NCBI RefSeq assembly: GCF_028641065.1
Contig: NC_073391.1
Location: 34,782,001 to 34,846,000, forward strand
Origin: Leucoraja erinacea
Taxonomy: Eukaryota
Reading direction: 5' to 3'
Length of the DNA stretch: 64,000 nucleotides
Shown here: positions 58,301 through 64,000 of the stretch, in pieces
Layout: each line of letters starts with the position of its first letter
Numbering within the stretch: the first letter of the stretch is position 1
The notes under the pieces: model-generated
The model's input: only the letters and a program-made list of their open reading frames with translations
The model's database searches: none
Told to the model about the DNA's origin: nothing
Program-made: the position numbers and the translations under genes

Positions 58301-61300
58301 ATATTATTATTATTATTAAAAGGGAAAGATTAAATAGGGCCCTGAGGGGCCATGTTTTCATACACGGTGGTAGATGTATGGAACGAGCTGTGGGAGGAGG
58401 TAGTAGTGGCAGGTATTATAACAACATTTAACAGACACTTGGACAAGTACATGGCTAGGAATGGTTTAGGGATATGGGGAATCTTGGGAGAATGGGACTA
58501 GTTTGAATGTGGCGTGGACGAGTTGGTGCAAAGGGCCTGTTTCCATGCTGTGTGATTCTGGCTCTCTGACCGCACTGTGTTCTCCTCCAGATGAAGGCCT
58601 GCGTGCTGTACCTGTACCCCGACTCCAAGTCCGTGCACCTGACGCTGCGGCCCCTCTTCCTGCAGCCGGGCGCGGATGTGCAGCTGCCCAGTGGCCCGCC
58701 CGTCAGCGAGGTGCTGCAGCACTGCACCGTCGCCTACTACCAAAAGGGCGCCGGCGTCACCTTCCGGGCGGAAGATGGATCGTTTGTTTACTCTCGCGTA
58801 AGTCGCTCCCCTTCCCTCCCCCACTCAAACCTTTTCCCCAGGGTGGAAATGTGAAAGACTAGAGGGCAACGGTTTAAAGGAGAGGTGCTGGGCACGTTTT
58901 TGTTTTTTACACAGAGGGTGGCAGGTGCCTGGAACGCTCTGCCAGGGGTGGTGGTGGAGGCAGATACGATAGTGGCATTTAAGAGGCTCTTAGATGGACA
59001 CATACAGTGGCTTGCAAAAGTATTCATACCCCTTGAACTTTTCCACATTTTGCCACGTTACAACCACAAACGTAAATGTATTTTATTGGGATTTTATGTG
59101 ATAGACCAACACAAAGTGGTGCATAATTGTGAAGTGGAAGGAAAATGATACATGGTTTTCAAATTTTTTTACTAATTAAAAAACTGAAAAGTGTGTAGTG
59201 CAAAAGTATTCAGCCCCCCTGAGTCAATACTTTGTAGAACCACCTTTCGCTGCAATTACAGCTGCAAGTCTTTTGGGGTATGTCTCTACCAGCTTTGCAC
59301 ATCTAGAGACTGAAATTTTTGCCTATTCTTCTTTGCAAAATAGCTCAAGCTCAGTCAGATTGGATGGAGAGCGTCTGTGAACAGCAATTTTCAAGTCTTG
59401 CCAGAGATTCCCAATTGGATTTAGGTCTGGACTTTGACTGGGCCATTCTAACCGATGAATATGCTTTGATCTAAACCATTCCATTGTAGCTCTGGCTGTA
59501 TGTTTAGGGTCGTTGTCCTGCTGGAAGGTGAACCTCCGCCCCAGTCTCAAGTCTTTTGCAGACGCTAACAGGTTTTCTTCCAAGATTGGCCTGTATTTGG
59601 CTCCATCCGTCTTCCCATCAACTCTGACCAGCTTCCCTGTCCCTGCTGAAGAAAAGCGTCCCCACAGCATGATGCTGCCACCACCTTGTTCCACAGTGGG
59701 GGTGGTGTGTTCAGGGTGATGTGCAGTTAGTTTTCCGCCACACATAACGTTTTGCATTTAGGCCAAAAACTTCAATTTTGGTCTCATCTGACCAGAGCAC
59801 CTTCCTCCACATGTTTGCTGTGTCCCCCACATGGCTGTGGCAAACTGCAAACAGGACTTCTTATGGCTTTTTTTTTTCAACAATGGCTTTTTTCTTGCCA
59901 CTCTTCCATAAAGGCCCGATTTGTGGAGTGCACGACTAATAGTTGTCCTGTGGACAGATTCTCCCACCTGAGCTGTGGATCTCTGCAGCTCCTCCAGAGT
60001 TACCATGGGCCTCTTGGCTGCTTCTCTGATCAATGCTGTCCTTGCCCGGTCTGTCAGTTTAGGTGGACGGCCATGTCTTGGTAGGTTTGCAGTTGTGCCA
60101 TACTCTTTCCATTTTCGGATGATGGATTGAACAGTGCTCCGTGAGATGTTCAAAGCTTGGGATATTTTTTTATAACCTAACCCTGCTTTAAACTTCTCCA
60201 CAACTTTATCCCTGACCTGTCTGGTGTGTTCCTTGGGCTTCATTATGCTGTTTGTTCACTAATGTTCTCTAACAAACCACTGAGGCCTTCACAGAACAGC
60301 TGTATTTATACTGAGATTAGATTACACACAAGTGGACTCTATTTACTAATTAGGTGACTTCTGAAGGCAATTGGTTGCACTGGATTTTATTTAGGGGTAT
60401 CAGAGTAAAGGGGGCTGAATACTTTTGCACGCCACACTTTTCAGTTTTTTATTTGTAAAAAATTTGAAAACCATGTATCATTTTCCTTCCACTTCACAAT
60501 TATGCGCCACTTTGTGTTGGTCTATCACATAAAATCCCAATAAAATACATTTACGTTTGTGGTTGTAACATGACAAAATGTGGAAAAGTTCAAGGGGTAT
60601 GAATACTTTTGCAAGGCACTGTAGATATGGAGGGATATGCATCATGTTCAGGCTGATGAGATTAGTTTAGCAGCATTGCGTCTGGCACAGGCATTGTGGG
60701 CTGTAGATCCGATGTGGTACTGTTTTATTCATATCTATTCAAGATGCATGCAAGATATAATACAATGATTCCAGGACTCGTTCTTTTAGATTTTTGGATA
60801 GATTCGGTATTCTAGGCTGAGCCCAGGCTCAGAGGTGACAGACACACTGAGTGACATTTGCCACCCATTTCCTTCCGGCTCGCATTCCCACTCTCACTGT
60901 GGTGCCGAGAGCCTGGCAACCTATTGGCTGTTCACCCCTCCAGCCATTTAGTTTAGCGATCCAGCATGGAAGCAAGTCCTTCAGCCCATCGAGTCCGGGC
61001 CGACCAGCGATCACCTTTATTCACACCAGTTCTATCCTATACACTCGGGTCAATTTAATGAATCCAATTAACCTATTTGCACGTCTTTAGAATGTGGAAG
61101 GTAACTGGAGCATCCGTGGAAAACCCACACACTCACGGGGGAAAAGGTACAAACTCTGTACAGACAGCACCCGTAGTCAGGATCGAACCAAGGTCTCTGG
61201 TGCTGTAAGGCAGCAGCTCTACCACTGTGCCGTTTGTAGGGTAGCTGCATTTTGTTCTGAGGCTTCACATCTTAACCGTCAGCTCTTAACTCCTGGCCCT

Positions 61301-63613
61301 TCTCATTGCAGGTGTTCCACTTGTCGGACACCAAGGTGTCGTCTGCTGCCAACGTGTTCAGGAAGGGCAGCCAGCACAGGTGCAGGGTCATTGACCATGC
61401 CCCCATGGAGCAGATGGCCCTGGTGTCACTGAAAACGTGAGTGTCTGTATCCTGCTCCTGTGAGCATGCACCAAAGGTAACGGCACATTGTTGTGCTGGT
61501 TTAATGGGACATGATGGATTACCAAAGGGACATGTCTGCAGTGGCACAGCAGTGTGTAAGAGAGACGACAAGAGTTACATGCAGATCGAAGCTCCTTCAG
61601 TGCAGACCCACCGAACATTCCCAGACAGCAAACGCGTATTAGACAAATTAGAGCTGCCCTCATGCTCTCGGGGCAGAGACAGCATGGGTTAGGCACAGAG
61701 TGAAGCTCCTTCTTGACCATCCACTTACACACTCCTGGGGTTGAATTCACAGAGTCTACACCGGCTCAACACAATCCTGCGGTCAGACACATAATGAAGA
61801 TCCCTCTGCATTCTCCCATCACACACTCCTACGATTAGACATCTGAGTGAATCTCCCTCTACACCACCCCAGGCCTTCCGTGACCGCTGGTAGCCGCGGG
61901 AGGTCGAGTGTGATACTGATGAGGATGACGTTATTTTAAAATTGATGTCTTGGTTCTTGGTTTCTTGGTCCTCCAAATTATTCCAAATGGAATTTAAACT
62001 GGAGGTGGAATTTAAACTGGAGGTGGGTTTGTAAACACAAGTTACTTTTTTGCTATGTTTGCTTTTGTTTTCTGAATAAATGTTTTGGTATTATTTAAAA
62101 AAAAAACAGCAACAGCGCGGATGAGGTAGTGATTAACGCTTCCTCCACAAAACAAACAGGTTAGACGCTGCATGACACTACCTCTACTCTGTCCCACCAT
62201 ACTCTCCTAGGGTGGGTTAGACAGGTATATACACTGATCTGTCGATGTACTATTCTGAACTGAGGTAAGTGCTTTTGTGTTTTGGAATAATGCTCAGAGA
62301 CCTTTGACTGGAGCCTTGTTTCCAGGCTCCTGTGGGGAGCAGAGACTTGAGGAATGTGTCAGAGTCGCTGGGTCCACTGAGCTTCTCACTTATGCTGTGT
62401 CTTCCACTTTCAGGAGCATTATTGAAGCCTCCTTTCTGAGGCATCAGGACATCCTCCCTGGGCAGGTGATTGAGGTAGGTGTGTCTGAGAAACCTCCCAC
62501 GTTGCGTACCCGAGGCCCCGAGTTCCACATCGTTCCTGCTTCACCCACAGCTCCTGATTAACTAGTCACCCTCCTACTGTTCTCTGCCTCCTTCCATCAT
62601 ACCCTTCGGCCCACCGAGTCCACGCCGACACAGCGATCACCCCATACACTAGCACTACACTACACACTAGGGACAATTTTACAACATGCGGAAGCCAATT
62701 AACCTACAAACCTGTAGATATTTGGAGCTTGGGAGGAAACCGGAGAAAACCCACGCGGTCACAGGGAGAACGTACAAACTCCGTACAGATAGCGCCCTTA
62801 GTCAGGATCGCACCTAGGTCTCTGACACTGAGGCAGCTACTCGACCACTGCACCGCCCCTGGCTCTTTGTCCTTCAGACCAGCTTGTGCCACTTGCTCCA
62901 TCCCTGCCTCTGTTGTGGGCCTTGACTGCAGAACCAACCCTACCAGTTGGTGCCTGTGCCAGGCTTCTCTCTCACACCCAGCCCAGTGGACCAGTCTGGA
63001 CTGAAGCTCTTGTTCAGCATCTTTCACTCGACCCGTATCTCCGCAACACAAGCCCAGGTAACATCCTGTTGAATCTTTTCTGCGCCCTTTCTAACTCAGT
63101 GTCGTCCTCCCTGTAAATGCAAACAGTATTCCAAGTGTGGGAAGCTGTAATAAAAAGGAACTGCAGATGATGGTATATACCAAAGATAGACACAATCCTG
63201 GAGTAATTCAGTGGGTCAGGTAGCATTTCTGGAAAACCTTGATACTGACGTTTTGGGTCCACACCCTTATTCAGAAGTCCGAAGAAGGGTCCTGACCCGA
63301 CACGTCGCCTATTCATGTTCTCCACAGATGCTGCCTGACCTGCTGAGTTGCTCCAGCGCTTTGTGTCCATCTGTGGGAAGTTGCTTTGGTTCATGCGAAA
63401 TGGTAATTTTGGTGTCAAACTGGCTGTTTTTCTCATCCTTATCCTATGTGTGTTACCGCTTTTCAGGGCAAGGTGGCCTCCCTGGAGAAGTTTGGGGTAC
63501 TTGTAACATTGACGGACCACATCAGGGGACTGGTGCCTCGAACCCATCTGGCTAATGTCCCACTGCAGCATCCAGAGAAAATGTACAATGTGGGAGACAA
63601 GATTAAGTGCAGG
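52233..63613 (+). CDS. PDCD11: RRP5 homolog / programmed cell death 11 (S1 repeats), 5' part, 11 coding exons (501 codons), continues beyond the window
   Basis: Exons 52233-52331, 52783-52905, 53795-53959, 54809-54970, 55876-55999, 56930-57111, 57341-57448, 58591-58797, 61312-61436, 62414-62474, 63467-63613 join in frame; DESFPRGG N-terminus, [31 protein letters not shown]1 motifs. Confidence 0.96.
52783..52905 (+). CDS. PDCD11: PDCD11 coding exon 2 (acceptor uncertain)
   Basis: Lys-rich, ends DVLTFK|gtatgt; the aag acceptor at 52782 is the most upstream one giving a stop-free phase-0 join. Confidence 0.7.
53795..53959 (+). CDS. PDCD11: PDCD11 coding exon 3
   Basis: [15 protein letters not shown]...DLTE. 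Confidence 0.93.
54809..54970 (+). CDS. PDCD11: PDCD11 coding exon 4
   Basis: [19 protein letters not shown]...LRAGM. Confidence 0.93.
54995..55265. repeat. Minisatellite (CAGTAAAGGGTCACCCACTGTATC-like, about 29-30 bp)
   Basis: About 9 copies just after a PDCD11 donor. Confidence 0.85.
55876..55999 (+). CDS. PDCD11: PDCD11 coding exon 5
   Basis: [19 protein letters not shown]. Confidence 0.93.
56930..57111 (+). CDS. PDCD11: PDCD11 coding exon 6
   Basis: LRVGQYLN...[14 protein letters not shown]. Confidence 0.93.
57341..57448 (+). CDS. PDCD11: PDCD11 coding exon 7
   Basis: [24 protein letters not shown]. Confidence 0.93.
58591..58797 (+). CDS. PDCD11: PDCD11 coding exon 8
   Basis: [21 protein letters not shown]...YSR|gtaagt. 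Confidence 0.92.
59005..60621 (-). mobile_element. Full-length Tc1-family DNA transposon (IR/DR type), defective transposase 59224-60243
   Basis: TA flanks at 59003-04 and 60622-23; about 215-bp near-identical TIRs starting CAGTG; GRPPK HTH linker, WSDE, QDNDPKH, SPDLNPI(G)NLW; frameshifts and a premature TAG at 59323. Confidence 0.96.
61312..61436 (+). CDS. PDCD11: PDCD11 coding exon 9
   Basis: VFHLSD...[20 protein letters not shown]. Confidence 0.92.
62414..62474 (+). CDS. PDCD11: PDCD11 coding exon 10
   Basis: [20 protein letters not shown]. Confidence 0.9.
63467..63613 (+). CDS. PDCD11: PDCD11 coding exon 11
   Basis: [13 protein letters not shown]...KIKCR|gtaagt. Confidence 0.92.
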
Positions 63614-64000
63614 GTAAGTGTGTTCAATGCCTGGTGCAGTGTGGAGAGAGTGGGGCTAGCCACAGAGTTTTCACGGCCGTACAACATGGGGAAGTGGGAC
63701 AGAGTGGGACGGGCGGTGTGGTCTCCGGGCACAGTCAAGGAGAGAGGGCAGTGTGCATTGTTTGCTGTCTGGCACAATGTGCAAGAGGGCTGTGTGCATT
63801 ATGTTCATTATCTGGTATTGTGTGTGAGAGAGGGCAGTGTGAAATCACCACTGAATCTCCCGGCACTCTGCTCACAGACACCTCTCCTGCAAGGAAAAGT
63901 CCCTCGGTATATCTGCAATATGTGCCCCTCATACCTGTGTGGACGTCAGTTAGGTTTCTTCCCCCACCCTCAGCCTTCACCGCTACAGTGAAACCCAGCC

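Overview
Eukaryotic, intron-rich vertebrate DNA, most likely a cartilaginous fish (shark/skate/ray), inferred from HE1/V-SINE-like SINEs, CR1 LINEs with (TTCTATGT)n tails and abundant Penelope ends. Four spliced genes were reconstructed by hand from splice sites and reading phase. (1) A complete pancreatic-lipase-family gene (minus, 12 coding exons, 9969-29779, 472 aa) whose catalytic Ser is replaced by Gly (GHGLG). (2) TAF5 (plus, 10 coding exons, 35141-47068) with an apparent 1-nt frameshift in GC-rich exon 1. (3) ATP5MK/USMG5/DAPIT (minus, 61 aa). (4) The 5' part of PDCD11/RRP5 (plus, 11 coding exons, runs off the window), sharing a bidirectional CpG-island promoter with ATP5MK. The rest is mostly decayed CR1, L2, L1/Tx1, Penelope, SINE and MITE copies, one full-length Tc1 element, minisatellites and a 196-N gap. 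Most ORFs in the supplied track are repeat or low-complexity artefacts. The best leads are: the intact but apparently catalytically dead lipase; an L2 insertion that separates a TAF5 3' splice site from its branch point and pyrimidine tract; tandem repeats grown out of exon junctions, including chains of CAG|GT sites; dispersed minimal hammerhead-like motifs in Penelope ends; and a perfect 35-bp hairpin in ATP5MK intron 1. Repeat boundaries are approximate and no database searches were run.
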